60,094 bases of DNA, taken from positions 19,204,316 to 19,264,409 of the forward strand of contig NC_068999.1 of assembly GCF_001194135.2 (NCBI RefSeq), written 5' to 3'. This document shows, one piece after another, positions 1 to 14,164 of this stretch (position 1 is the stretch's first letter; each line of letters opens with the position of its first letter). The translations under genes were made by a program, and so were the position numbers. Source of the stretch: Octopus bimaculoides. Lineage: Eukaryota. The notes below the pieces were generated by a model, which ran no database searches, was not told where the DNA came from, and saw only the letters and a list, made by a program, of their open reading frames with translations.

Positions 1-94
1 TATATATATATATATATATATATATAAGAAGTGAAAACGTGGGAAGCTTGTGCAGGAACGTAGTAAAAATGTGGCTTCTAGCCGTGGTTTGGGG

Positions 95-400
95 GACCCA
101 AAACCATAACAGGTATTTTGTTACATGTGGATGTGATCCAAAATGCTCGCTTTTTGAAATTAGACATGTAGGGGTGTCCAACAAACTTTTCTAGATGAAC
201 CATCTTTCTATATTAAAAAGGCCGCACTTGCCACTACGCTTGGATATGATGTTCCAGTAAATCCCATAGTTGACACCTTGTTCTTTTAAGAACCATATAT
301 ATCTGGATAATTTGGTAGTGTTTCGTTTATTCCAGTGTCTGAAGCTTGACACAAGACCCCAACGATTTCGGGTATTTGAGGAGACATCTGGTCAACAATC
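95..400 (-). mobile_element. Penelope-like element, decayed GIY-YIG endonuclease C-terminal region
   Basis: Minus-strand manual translation gives SSFRHWNKRNTTKLSRYIWFLKEQGVNYGIYWNIISKRSGKCGLFNIERWFI*, then frameshifted LNSKSEHFG..HVTKYLL. This resembles the SFR..LSKYIW.LK...Y.I.W..C.LC..EK..I..LN.RSE end of PLE ORFs. Confidence 0.65.
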
Positions 401-443
401 GTCATTATATCATTCCTACTATTTAAATTAGCATACACTAACT

Positions 444-463
444 TGATGATGATGATGAAGATA

Positions 464-534
<71 letters not shown>

Positions 535-538
535 GATG
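444..538. repeat. (GAT)n microsatellite
   Basis: Direct reading; source of the poly-Met ORF 443-649. Confidence 0.98.
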
Positions 539-610
539 TCACCTAAATGTAGAGGGCTAGTTGATAGCAGCGACCAAAGTAATTCACGGCTTCATTATTT
601 ATCGAGTGAA

Positions 611-835
611 GTCAGCGACCTGGCAGAATCGTTAGCATGCCCAGCATAATGCTTGTCTTTGCGGTATTACATTCGTCTTCGCGTTCTGAGTTCAAATTCC
701 ACCGAAGATGATTTTGCCTTGCATACTTTCGGACGTGATAAAATAAATACCAGCTGAGTGTTGGGGCCGATGTAATCGAACATACACCCCCCACGATCAC
801 AAAGTTCAGGACTTGTGACAATAGTAGAGAGGATT
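611..835 (+). mobile_element. tRNA-derived SINE, family B (octopus-type)
   Basis: A-box-like TGGCAGAATCGTTAGC, B-box-like GAGTTCAAATTCC, body GATAAAATAAATACCAG...TGGGGCCGATGTAATCG; homologous copies at 13413-13625 and 21125-21268. Confidence 0.8.
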
Positions 836-1689
836 ATTTATCGAGTACTATAGTTGAAATTCTGGCTCAACCTCAGATATAGAGACTAATGTTACCTGAA
901 GCCCTTACAATTCTACTCATCCCAAACCGTAATTTTAATATTTATGATGATAGTATTTAAACTGATTCGTGAGGAAAATACATACGTTCGACAATGTGAG
1001 TTCTATTTAGCAGGCCAAATATATTGCAACACGTTTGATCATTGATCCACCAAGAAAGATTTCATTTTCTGTGCAGCTTATTTTAGTCATTTTTAACATA
1101 ATTCTGTTAACCTCGACGGATAACACTAGAAGTCATGGCGAATGAAACAATATTCAGTATATCCTACATTATTATTGATTATTGCATTGGCCATCCTCTA
1201 ATAAAATTATCACTTCCTCTCGATATTTTCTTCGCCATATGCTTCACCTAGAAGTTTTCTTTTCCCTCTACGTGGAAAGTTTAGGATGTGTGTGTGTGTT
1301 TGTCGGCGCGCGAGTGTGAGAGTGTGCGTGAAGAGATACACATTCGATAGAAAAAAATAATAAAATGACAATGGTGTGAGAACATTGATTCTTTTTATAT
1401 AAAATTTCGCACGTAACGTTTTTATTTTTATCTCTATATTATTGCAGCGTGACATTCCTTTTAACTTTCCGTTCGCTGAAATGTTTTCTTCTCAAGTGTT
1501 ATTTCTCTCACCCAAATGTAACTATTAGACAATTAAAAGGTAGACATCCAATACTTAACTTTACTCTTTACTTTTTATGTTATTCAGAAGGAACTGAATC
1601 ATTCTAATATAAACTCATCGATCAAAGAAGTTATTAAATATTGAAATTGATTATCGTTACCATCATTATATTTATTAGCATTACTATCA

Positions 1690-1804
1690 TTGTTGTTTTT
1701 CTTGTTTTCATCGTTCTTAGTATCATTATCATCATTATTGATATATGAATATTATTATTATAATTATTATTATTATTATAATTATTATTATTATAATAAT
1801 TATA

Positions 1805-1866
<62 letters not shown>

Positions 1867-1872
1867 CGTTAT
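1690..1872. repeat. (TTA/TAA)n microsatellite with degenerate flanks
   Basis: Direct reading. Confidence 0.97.
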
Positions 1873-3126
1873 AACTAATGCAACTACTTCCAATACTTGC
1901 GTAAATAAAATCGATGTTGTCATATTTGACGTGGTTCAATATGAAATGTCTGTCAATAATTAGATTATTATACATGTATGATAAAGGTACAAAATATATT
2001 ATAGCATTAAAACTACTCCAAAATTAACATGAAGAATGGTACTGCAGTAAATGATATAAAATCATTTTAGAATGCCTAGTAATGCCTCAAATGTTAATGG
2101 AGGCAATGTATAGGAGTCAAACAGTAAAATATGTATGCATGTATGTATGCATGTGTATATATGTATATGATATATATATTTAATACACATAATTCAACAG
2201 GGAAACAGTCTGCAGGCTTTTACAAATAATGACGTCCTTGTTTAATTACAATTTTTAAAACTAAGTCAATATTTATATTTCTGAACATTCAGCTGTCTTG
2301 CTCTTTATGAAATTTCCCATAATTATTTTCCTTAGTGTTATTCAATGACACTTATCCTGCAATAGCGTCTCCTATTATAACAAGGTGTATTTAGATATTA
2401 AAATGCTCATCCAATTTCAAGGGATTGTGTGTTCCGAATGAAATATAATTAGCTAGGAATTGAAATCACACAAGGGATTCAGCTCACTGTGAAACTATAG
2501 AATGATGTAATAATGTTGCTTTAGAATGATAATAACATATTGATGTTAATAAAAGTTTTATGCATTGAAAGAAAGCGTAGCAAGGGAAAGAAACAAATCA
2601 AAATGTCCACTCGCACAGCTCAAAAAGACGGAAAACAAACGGTGTCGTTCACGAAATGAACCAAAAAAAAAAAATGCATATTAGTTGAAACTTTTATCAC
2701 GAGAAGTAAAAAAAATAAATAAATAAATAAAAATAATAACGAATTGCATTTGAGAAAATTAAAAATGATATTTGCTGCCGATTACATGGATAAAAATATA
2801 AGGATTCATGAAATAAACACGAGAAAAATATTGAAAATTTTGCAGAAAGACGACAGAAAATACTGGTGATTACTGAAAACATGGCTTCAGCTTCAATGTG
2901 AACGCCTGTTAATTGCTTGTTAAATATGGCACTTCTATACCACGATTTAATATCGTAATTTATTATCTGTTTAAGCTATCATACTTGCCGGGGAAATATG
3001 ATAAAGTTATTTGCACAGGAGTTCATCCCAGAACACGGTGGTAAACATTTTATGCTAAATTGTACAAAACAAGGCAGAAATATTAATTTGTACAGTTTGC
3101 ACAAGTTGAAAATGCAACGATTGTGA

Positions 3127-3322
3127 TACGATGAGGTGTTGAAAAGTTCTTGGCCTTTAAATGTGTCACAAAAAATGTTGTTGAAGGCCCAACCTCCCGT
3201 GTTATTTTACAGAAAATCTGAAGGACCACTATCATAAGCGAATACATGGAATGAAATCATAATTAACTGCTCCCCCTGTATTTTCTTTCGCCCATAACTG
3301 GAAATTTTCAACACCTTTCGTA
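3127..3322. mobile_element. Tc1/mariner-type MITE (~196 bp)
   Basis: Imperfect TIRs TACGATGAGGTGTTGAAAAGTTC / GAAATTTTCAACACCTTTCGTA with TA at both ends; no coding capacity. Confidence 0.8.
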
Positions 3323-6300
3323 TAACATTACAATCAGCATCATTTAATAGCTTTTTTCTTCTCCTCATAAATTATTCGCCATTTATGTATTCTTGCTTGA
3401 TTGAAACAGAATTTCAAAGCTACTTCCAGATTCCTTAGACTCCACAAAGAACATTCAGTTTCTTATATCCGCAATAACGAATGATCTAACAATAATAAAA
3501 TCTTACAGCACTTCTTCCCTTCTTCGTTACTCATCCATGAAAAGGTGAATTCGAATTTTGGAATGATCTTCGTCGACGTAATGCAGGTAACACACACGTA
3601 ACATACAAGCTACTCAACATTCTGGTATGCTTTTCTTATACTCTCTATTCATGTAACTTCATCTTCTTAAAATTGCTAATGGAAACTATGACGGTATCAT
3701 AATCATTTTATATTAAACCATTACGGTATTATAATCATTTTATATAAAACAATACTAGTGATAATGTTATATTAACCTTGGTAGCTGATGCAAACTTGAA
3801 TATAATCAGAAAATATGATTTTCTTTCGTATAATTCGTGGAATATACAATGCAGATGAATATAAAAGTGCATTTGCAAGAATATACGTATGTGCTCTATA
3901 TGATGTTGTTGTTGATTAGAACATAATCAGGAGGTAGAATAAATCCAAGAGGAAAACAATTCCAGCTGGTTTCGGCAGGCTGTGTGGCATGGTCAGTGTA
4001 TCTTACACCACATCCTGTAATATGTGCTTTGCTTAAAAAAAGGCTGTGAATTTTGATTGACTTTTATCCGGTGGCTCATAACAATATCTATATATTTTTT
4101 TTTAGTTTTGAGACCCATATTAAATGGATCCTGAGGAGAGGCGACTGTATAACGAAATCATATTAGAATTGTACATCTGTTGTTTTCTCAAGGAATATAA
4201 TGGTGTATTACATAATATTTCTTAATATCTATAAAATGTCGAACTGAAAGAAAAATGATAATAATCAAATGATCAACAAGAAATATTTATAGTGTTTTTC
4301 CTTATCGGTGGCTTTAATAATAACCTTGCATAGTGAGAAATCTTTATGATCCATATATATATATCATATACATAAAAGCAGCTTCTATTGCCGCAATATC
4401 AAAAGCAATTATTTCCCGGAAATTGATAAATGCAATCATGTTTAAACTATTTAAAAAGTCGATAGTTTTCAATCTAATTAAAACTGAAAGTAGGGAGAGA
4501 TAAATACGTTATTTCTAAAGAGATACAACAATTTTATTTTTCTTGTGTTTTTATGTAAATGTGCAAATACAAGTCACTCGTTATTGAGATCGAGTTACTT
4601 CTGACCTCATCATACAAGCTCATTCCTCTACGCCGTGGCGTGAAAGAAATCTGTAAGTTAATATATCATAGTATACATTTATTGAGGCATGAATACAGGC
4701 GTGTTTAGTGACTAAAATTACTTTCGGATATATGGTCCAAAATAGTATACATAATTCGGTTATTGTTGACATGATAAAGGACAGCGGCATTAAAATGATA
4801 CATAAAATTGAATATAACCTTGTATTTTGTAAATTCTTAATGAATACAATCTTCTGTTTCTCTCCATGAGACACTAAATATGGGAATAATTTTATTTTAT
4901 ATTTTCATGTTTGTTACTTTCAACAGGGAGCTTCTTTACATACACGTTGAAGGGGTTAAATTGTATGCCGTGCTAATTGTATAAAAAAATTATATAAACA
5001 CCGTCTATTATATCTTTCAGTTATTATGTATGCATTTATATTTATGGTACTAATGCGTGAATCCTTAAATATGTTAACGTAGATTTTAAGTTCCTCTTTT
5101 TTTTTGCAAATGATACGAATCTATTCCATACTAACAGGAAAATTAAACCACAAATACATCTTGAGCATGGTTGTGGTTATACAACGATTTCTAAATAGGA
5201 AAAACAGCGGTGTCTCTAGATATCCGATATTGCATATATACGCACAGGCACACACACACGCGCGTACACACACACACACACATACACGCGCAAAAATACA
5301 CACACATAAATGTATATTGCGAGCATTCCTCCAAGCCACGGATATGTCCATGGTGTATCCTTTTTAATTTTGTACTTCGCCCCTCGTAGAAGAAAAATTT
5401 ATATATGTACGACAGATGATTGAATGTAGCACACGCCTGATACAACTAAACTTTTGTCGGCAAAACTCTAGCATTACCGCAGTCCACTAGCACCGGAGAC
5501 TGACCCATGTAAATAAAAACTTTTTTTTACATTTAATTAACAAGTTAATATACCTGAATTTTTTACATAGTCTAATTTGCATTAAATATTTTAATAAAAG
5601 AACGCAACATCACAGAAGAGAATTTATTATTGTTTGCATTTATAGTATCGAATATTAGAACTAGAGATGCAGAAACAATATATTACGAGATCCATTGAAC
5701 AATAATTTGGAATTCACAATTGGCAAATTCTAACTCCTGTGCATCAAACGTAGCACCTCAACATGAGATGAAATCCCATTATGATTTAGAATTACGTTTG
5801 CAAATTATCACATGCAAATATGTCGAATTTAATGTATAGGTCTCTAAAATTTGATAACTGCATGTTATCAACCATTGCATTACAATCCACTTCTTGAAAT
5901 TAAGCATAAGTTTCATGATAGAAATTGAAAGAGTGTTGCGATACTTTGAAGTGCAGCTGCAGAATCTAAATTTCATATGTGTATCATAAAACAACTCTTG
6001 ATATAAATATCTGTAGGGATTCGTTTCCTTCTCTAGCGATAATGGACTATCGAACGAGATTCTGAATTAAACTCATTATCTAGTTAGAAGTTAGTTGGCA
6101 TTAAACTTGTATATCAGTTACTGTGTAACACCCATACATAAGATTTATCAATATAACGTTCCTGCGTCAAAATAGAGACGAGAAAACAAGTAATTTTATT
6201 AGGATTTTCTCTAAGTATTTCAGGAAATATATACAGAATATTAATTGTATGAAGTGGAGAGCTTCCAAGCATCATNNNNNNNNNNNNNNNNNNNNNNNNN

Positions 6301-7787
6301 NNNNNNNNNNNNNNNNNNNNNNNNNNNNNNNNNNNNNNNNNNNNNNNNNNNNNNNNNNNNNNNNNNNNNNNNNNNNNNNNNNNNNNNNNNNNNNNNNNNN
6401 NNNNNNNNNNNNNNNNNNNNNNNNNNNNNNNNNNNNNNNNNNNNNNNNNNNNNNNNNNNNNNNNNNNNNNNNNNNNNNNNNNNNNNNNNNNNNNNNNNNN
6501 NNNNNNNNNNNNNNNNNNNNNNNNNNNNNNNNNNNNNNNNNNNNNNNNNNNNNNNNNNNNNNNNNNNNNNNNNNNNNNNNNNNNNNNNNNNNNNNNNNNN
6601 NNNNNNNNNNNNNNNNNNNNNNNNNNNNNNNNNNNNNNNNNNNNNNNNNNNNNNNNNNNNNNNNNNNNNNNNNNNNNNNNNNNNNNNNNNNNNNNNNNNN
6701 NNNNNNNNNNNNNNATATATATATGCACGCGCACACAGACACAACCATATATATATATATATATTTATATATAGATGGTAAATAAAAGACGAAAGATGGA
6801 AGATAAAAGAACTTTTATTAACTGCTACGATGGTTTCAACACATCTAGCATCAATTTCTCACGGGTAGGATATGTGTGTGCGTTCGCATGCATTAGAAAT
6901 TTCCGGGAGACTTTTCGAACTCTGAATAAGCTTTCCACTGGTATTTGTTTTATTATATATCATTAATTGTAACTTTGTAACAGAAATATGGAGAAACAAA
7001 ATATAGTTATTTATTTGTCCTTTACTTAGAAAATGTTACCTGTGCAGTCGCAAGAATCCTAGTTGAATATATTTCCCGCTCTTGTATTTATAATGAAACA
7101 TTAACAGCTACAACTGTTTGTAATACAGATGCAATTGACGCAAGAACATCACCTTTAAGAACATAACATTTTATTCTATTTCACTTCATAAAATGGATAT
7201 CATCAAACCATCTCCAATATTGCATTACAGACAGTGACAAAGAACTGTCGTATCTTTAGGAGACGCCGTGTGTCATAAGGATACCATTTGGACTCCAACA
7301 TTTATGTGTCATAGCGCACGACAAGGCTAGGCAAGGTATGTTAGGCGTTGTGACTCTTTCTCTTAGGCGGATATTTTAAGTGTTTGTGTAGCGCAGTAGA
7401 TTGTTTAGTTAGAGCAGGTGACTCAAAAACTATGGGTTTTTGTTTCAATTGATTTTCTTTGTTTGAAACTGTGTGTAACGTCAAAAGGATGTAGAATCTG
7501 AACATAAATTTGCAGTATTTAGCTATCCAGTTGTGCATGTAGTTATATAATAAACTAGCATTCATAGCCCACGAAGTGTCACTGCTCCAATCACTCGGCA
7601 GCGAATCGGATGAATAGTACCGAATGGAATAGAACATATTTACTAGTCCAAACTGAAATACATTCCATTTTTCTTTTCCTTTTTAACAGTAAGTAATTAG
7701 GTTTCTCTTGATGTGTGTAATCTGCTAAGTAATACCTCTTACTGTGTTTCGAAATAAAAATACTTCCTACCAGGCTTCATGAATACA

Positions 7788-7818
<31 letters not shown>

Positions 7819-9429
7819 GTGTGTGTTACCCTANNNNNNNNNNGTGTGTGTGTGTGTGTGTGTGTGTGCGTGTGTGTGTGTTACCCTATAGAATGGTTTA
7901 AGAGGGAGACAGTTCTAATTATACAATATAGTATAAATCTTGTTATATCCCACTATTTTATGTTCAGATGTGACATTGTAAATGTATGATAACTAAACAA
8001 CTGTGTATTTAAGCTATCTTCACAGAATTCTGGAATTTAATATTCTATAATGTTACTACTGTTTTCTACACCTAGCCAGTTTGAAATAGATTACTTAGAG
8101 AGCGATTATGTGAGAGAGTTTCACAAATATTTTGAAATATGTTGTATATCACACAACATTCAACTTGTTTGCATTGATGGCCATAATTAAATGTAAAATA
8201 TTCTCAAATGTGCTTAAGCGCATCAAATATGATAAAATCATATGTTACAATGTGGCATGAAATGCATTGCATATCAAATCAATTCATGAAAATACACCCG
8301 TTTTTCTTGAAAAATTCTGAATTATTTATTTCTAATAGAAGCTATGACGTGCAACTTAAACGACCTAAATACATTTGTAATCATGAGATTCTAGGCGAAT
8401 AACGTGAACGATATATGAGCGAATACTTTTGACAAAATGAAACACTAGAGACGATAGGCTCATTTTCTCTCCAGGTTCACCGAAGTACCTGCGTTTCATG
8501 TGTTTTGATCAAAATCCTATAATTGGCAATTGTTCCTACAAATGGAAAAGTTAATCCATATCATTCGGAACATTCGGAAAATAACATGAGCGTTGTTTTC
8601 TCCCCTCTCCTTTGTGTATTAATGATATATTCTAAATAACAAACTTGTCGTTATTATTTCAGAAGTGATAAAGAGAATTGTATATTGACTCCATGTAGTA
8701 TGACGCATTAAAACAAAACTTCAATAAATAAGTATAATATTAAAAAGGAACTAAGGCAAAAGTGCTTTAATTTAAATCTCCACAAGAACTTGTAGTTTAT
8801 TACTGTATTTTACGAGGGTACACGTTGTAGGAAACTAAATAGCACTCTTCGTTTTTTGTGAATTTCTTGAAACACGTTTCGAATCAATAAACTCAATTAA
8901 TGAATCACCCTTTAAATCCGTTTCATTCAATCATGTCAATTTATATTTTATCGTAATGACTTGCACGCTTGATATATGGAGGGCAGTCAAAAGTGACGCC
9001 CTGTTACTAAATAATTTCCAATTTCATCTCCATACAATTTCTTTCTTTCTTACATATTTCATCAAATTCATATGCAAACTTTTCTTTATTTGCTTGTGTC
9101 TACGCGGTCAGTATTTGCGTACAGCTAAATTCATATCAAAAGTAATCTGAGACAATAGAAAATACAACAATCTATATCATTTGTAGAAAATCTCATGGTC
9201 ATACATTGGAAACCTCGTTATAAACTTTGCTGACTCACAATGTGTGAAAAAAGATACGCTAACGTCTTTCATTTGAGAGACATATTCTACTTCTGGATGT
9301 TCTCTGCTTTTTATAATAACTTAGAGCGTAATGTTGGTTTCCATGTAACAGATGGATTTGATATTCAAATTTAGTCTCCGAAACTTTATGATATATTTTG
9401 CAGAATATTTGTATGACTTTGAGACTCAG

Positions 9430-9930
9430 TCTCAACTCATGGCTCGCCAATTCATCCTACGTGGATATCTCCTCATTACTATCCACACTGCCCGCGCCAA
9501 AGCAATTCCGTGGACTCTGCATCTGCTCTCTCCGCTCGAACCCGCCCTGCCATCTTCTGCCTCCCTCTTCCCCTCACTTACCACCCCACCACCCAACCTC
9601 TCCAACAATACCTTCCTCACTGGCACCCATTATTGACACTATCACATCACTGACTCCTTCACGTGCACTTCTACCAATATCATCTATTGCATCTCCTGCT
9701 CTATCTGCCATTCTCTGTACATCGGACAAACGCTACGCCGCTTAACTGACCGGTGCGAGGAATACCTCCGTGACATCCACCTCGGCAATGACACTCCGAT
9801 CTCACGCAATTTCCGCTCTACCAGTCACCCTTTGCAACAACTTCCGCGTTTGGATTGTCCGTGCACAGGGGCCATCCGGACTCCCGTTTACGCCGTGAAT
9901 CTTCTCTCTTCTCTCATTGTGCCACGTGGG
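9430..9930 (+). mobile_element. Penelope-like element: end of RT plus GIY-YIG endonuclease remnant
   Basis: Translation HYHITDSFTCTSTNIIYCISCSICHSLYIGQTLRRLTDRCEEYLRDIHLGNDTPISRNF...RLRRES matches the PLE pattern FTC.S.NVIY.I.C..C...YIG.T.R.L..R..EH. Preceded by FILRGYLLITIHTARAKA. Frameshifted and cut by an N-gap. Confidence 0.85.
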
Positions 9931-10449
9931 NNNNNNNNNNNNNNNNNNNNNNNNNNNNNNNNNNNNNNNNNNNNNNNNNNNNNNNNNNNNNNNNNNNNNN
10001 NNNNNNNNNNNNNNNNNNNNNNNNNNNNNNNNNNNNNNNNNNNNNNNNNNNNNNATTCTCTTTTCTCTTTCTCTCTTTCTCTCTTCTCTCATACACACCT
10101 TCCTCATCCACTTCATTGTCACTCCCCTCATAAGCCCACCCCACCCCTACACATTCCTACCCTACTTTCCCCATTCTTTCAAATCCCATCCCTTACACCC
10201 TCTCCCAGGTACCTCACCTCTACCCCACCCACAGCATAACCTAAACCCCACACGTGCTTTCAACACCCTGACCTCCCCCACCTCCCAACACCATCACACT
10301 ATACCACACTACACCATACCACAGAACACATCACATGAGAACACACCACCACGCACACACCAGCACTGACCAATTCTCATCCTCACATTTTCATACCTAC
10401 ACATACACACACGCACACGTCAAAATCACCAGCCATATTTCACACGCAC

Positions 10450-10760
10450 ATACGTACTCTCTCACAGACACGCGCACCTTCGTTTTGGGATCACTACTAC
10501 TTCGTTATCTCCCTTTCTTCTTAGCTCTCCTGTGTGACCTTTCTGTCCGGCATTCGCCAAGATAGACTGCTAACCACTACAAACATATTTCTTTACTCTG
10601 TTTCTCTCGTTTCTTTCTGTGTTCCTTTGTGTAGAAGAGCGAAGGCTCAAAACGTTAACGACTTTTTCAATTCCCGAGCGTTATACTAATACATCTGTTT
10701 GTTTTCTACACCACTTGTTTTCGTCTTTTGTTTTTTTTGTTTTTTGTGAATTCTCCTTAT
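10450..10760 (+). mobile_element. Probable 3' terminal region (pLTR) of the Penelope-like element, with a degenerate hammerhead-like hairpin
   Basis: Pyrimidine-rich segment after the GIY-YIG remnant; contains GTAGAAGA-GC-GAAG-GCTC-AAAA-CGTT (10631-10656), a decayed CUGAAGA/stem II/GAAA pattern. Confidence 0.5.
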
Positions 10761-13412
10761 CAGTATGATACCCGAACAAACACTCACACGCGCACACGCA
10801 CACACACACTTTCAAATACATCTGCGCACGTACACATACGCACGCACACACATATACACACACTCATAAACACACATACACACATATACACACACATACG
10901 CACGAATACAGAAAACAAATTCACTGTAACTAATAGATGACACTCTGTCTCAAATATTGTATTTACAGAATGTCGTGCTGGAGATTAACATCTCCATTGA
11001 TACATATGTAGCTCAGTGACAGAGAAGTCGATCTGAATAGTAGTTAACAATAAATAGTAGTTAACAACAATGTCACAGGAAGTATTTTTGATCAGTAATT
11101 ATTTTACACCCTGGCTAAACTGTATTTTTATGTGTAGAATTCCGTTTACTAAACTAATTGAGATATAATTAGTAATGTGACTCAGACGCGGTATTATGTC
11201 TAAGGGATCCAACAGATATCTACATCAATTTCAGACCATTTCTACTGTAGTAACTTTCAATGTTGTTTCATTTAACAGACGTAATAAAGGACTAAAATTT
11301 AAAAGTATCTTAGGCAAGACATTTTTGCATTATTTTATGAGCTAGTTTTCTTTAGGACATTCATTTTACTTTAATGCAATGGATGATATCTTTCTATATT
11401 ATGAGTAACACATCTTCCAGTTGGTAGCAAATCCAACCACATGCAAATCTGCTTCTAAAATGAAATATATTGTGGATAGAGTCCTTCATGCGTTCTACGT
11501 AACAAAACAGTGATTGTTATGGTGGTTAGCATAGGTTTGGTGGATTATGGAAAACACAGCGGAAACAAGAGAAGAACAGAAATATCAATTTTGATGGCAA
11601 AGTTCTGTATATGCCAAAAAAAAAAACTGAGGGCAATAGTAAACAAAAGTTCATGTCAATGTAAGCTTGTAAGAACACTTTAATCATTCATTGAATAATC
11701 TTTATAAACGAAACATAAATTAGTTAAGACTGGTAGGCAGTTACAATGAAATGGGAAATATCATAAATGTGCAGAAATATGAGTTAGTATCATATTCGTA
11801 TCGTGCAGAAGATATTTTGAAACAAATTTGTTTTTCATTTTTCATTAGAAAGATGATTTTCACTATCTCTATATTCATAATAATGATCGTTGCAATTTTT
11901 ATCATTATTATCATCATCAATATCACGAAATATATTGCTCTCAACGTCTTGGTTATCATCGTCTTCATCATCATCATTGCCTTCATCATCATCATCATCA
12001 TTGTCATCGTTGTCATACTCATCAATATAACCATTATCAGGTGTAGCCTATAAATCATCACTTCCAAACTCCAATTATCAACAGCAACACAGGACTGCCA
12101 TAGTGGTACTCATATATACTCTACCAATGTGCTTCTTGGAGATATTGTAATAATCGTTGACGCTATCAAAAATATGAAACAAATGAAACTGGTAACGTGT
12201 TGGGTTGATATTTAGGCGTTGTTTTAAAAACGCATAAATATTTAATCTAACAGTAACATATACTGTAAAGTGTTATTATATACGAGATGACAATATTGAT
12301 AATGAATTTGACATTCGAGGTATACTTTTGCTAAGAATAATTATAAAAGAAATTTACATTGCAATGTTCTTGTGTTCTGTAAATATAATTATGTGAGGTT
12401 CATATTAAAGGAATTGTTAATGGAAACTATTATAGTGTTAATGATGACGGTATTATTTTAAATTATCGCAATGACGTCAATAATGATATATTTATCTTCA
12501 TCATAACTACGAAAATCAGTATCATCTTTACCATTGTCACGTTATTTTTCAAACCCTTCTCCGTCCCCATCATATGACCATCGTCATCATAATCATTTTT
12601 TGATAACATTGGAGGACTCGATGTTTCAGTGAAATGAAAAGAATCATAAATATGGCAATGATTTTGTATGTCATTGCAAAAGAAGCCACACGACGTCTCA
12701 ACGTTTATACAAAAGATGTGAGACCACCTAGTTTGAAAAAAAAAGATATTTATATGTATGATGATAGTAATTTAATTGCAGGAAGACGAAAATATCAAGA
12801 ATTGTTAGCAAATATGTTGGAAGAGATAACAGGATGTAGAATAATATATTGAAATGAGAGGCTGTCGTGTATGGAGGGAAAGGATGCTGAGATATGATAA
12901 TCAAATTGATAAAGTATCCTTCTCACAATGTGTCATCATGTATTGAAACGAATAAAAAAAAAATTCCAACTAACAAGGTTGCATTATTGAAAGAATATTT
13001 GCTGCAAGTTATCCACATTTCAAAATAATAGAAACATTGACAAACAGGAATCCAAGCAAGTTTCTCTATTTTTTTTTCGTCTGTTACTTCGTTTCGTTAT
13101 ATAAGTAAGAGGAGAAATATAGGCGAGAAAACGTGTTTGGGATGTGTCAAAAGAATATACAAATGCGGAGAAGGAACAATATGCCAGTCTAACATACAAC
13201 TATTCATGTGTGTGTGTGAGTATCTGTAAGTATGTGTAATATACATGAATATATGCAATTTATATGTAAATGGTTATACTTATATATATATATATAACTC
13301 TAGCTATGTATCCCCCCTCTCTCTGTAGATAGCGGTTTTCAACCAAGTATCAGTATTTCATCCATAACCAACGTGCTTCTGAAAACTTACGTCTGTAAAT
13401 ACTTTGATAATA

Positions 13413-13625
13413 ATCCTTTCTAATATAAGCACAAAGACTGAAATTTGCTGGGATAAGGCCAGTTGATTAGATCAACCTTAGCACGCATCTGGTACTTAAT
13501 TTATCGACCCCGAAAGGATGAAAGGCAAAGTCGACCTCGGTGGAATTTCAACTTAGGAGTAAAAACAAACGAAACACTGCTAAGCACATTGCCCGGCGTG
13601 CGAACGGTTCTGCCCGCTCACTGCC
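13413..13625 (-). mobile_element. tRNA-derived SINE, family B
   Basis: Reverse complement reads GGCAGTGAGCGGGCAGAACCGTTCGCACGCCGGGCAATGTGCTTAGC...GTTGAAATTCCACCGAGGTCGACTTTGCCTTTCATCCTTTCGGGGTCGATAAATTAAGTACCAG; homologous to 611-835. Confidence 0.85.
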
Positions 13626-14164
13626 TCTATACTTTGATAATGATGTCGGTCCTCAGTAGGCTAATTAATACGCGCTGGTATCTAGGAATGCTTTCTGCAT
13701 GTGATTTCATGAAAACTTGGTACCTTTCCAATGAGGGATATCTATCCTCTGTAGATCGCCAAATATGTCTCATAAAACGTCGATATTCATATGTGAATGT
13801 ATTAGATGATGAAGATTTAACTGGTGCATTCATCAACTTTGACTACCCTACAGGGATCCCATTTAATTTTGCATATATGTCAAAGAGTATGGATGTTTGT
13901 AAATATACAAGTGTAGGTGCCTCCGTATTGTGTAAGTGTGGATGTAGATGGATATATACATCTGTTTGTAGATATACAGATATATAGATACGTATACACC
14001 AAACGTTGTTAGCTGTAATCAGTATCATGAGTATATTGACAATATCGAAGATAGTTTGAATTTCGGGCATAGCGAACGGGAAGTGTTGCTCACGGTCTAT
14101 TTCTATCTCTTGAAGACTCGCTATCGTTCTTCTTTTGATCTGCATGTTTGTTACAGTCAATTGC

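Noticed and set aside
611-700. tRNA-like A/B boxes here and at other SINE heads
   Set aside because: No cloverleaf; these are SINE promoters, not tRNA genes.
3509-3586. 78-nt phase-0 exon candidate (HFFPSSLLIHEKVNSNFGMIFVDVMQ) with TTACAG acceptor and CAG/GTAACA donor
   Set aside because: No recognisable protein similarity or partner exons; such site pairs occur by chance in AT-rich DNA.
4128-4170. CTGAGGA...GAAA hammerhead-like spacing
   Set aside because: Stems I and II do not pair.
7261-7336. Exon candidate ending CAAG/GTATGT
   Set aside because: Weak acceptor and unrecognised peptide; adjacent to a degenerate tRNA-like repeat head.
7787-7885. Duplicated (GT)n-TTACCCTA on both sides of a 10-N gap
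   Set aside because: Typical gap-edge assembly overlap; not a telomeric array.
8475-8560. Acceptor TTTTCTCTCCAG followed by a short frame (SPKYLRFMCFDQNPIIGNCSYKWKS*)
   Set aside because: No supporting upstream exon or homology.
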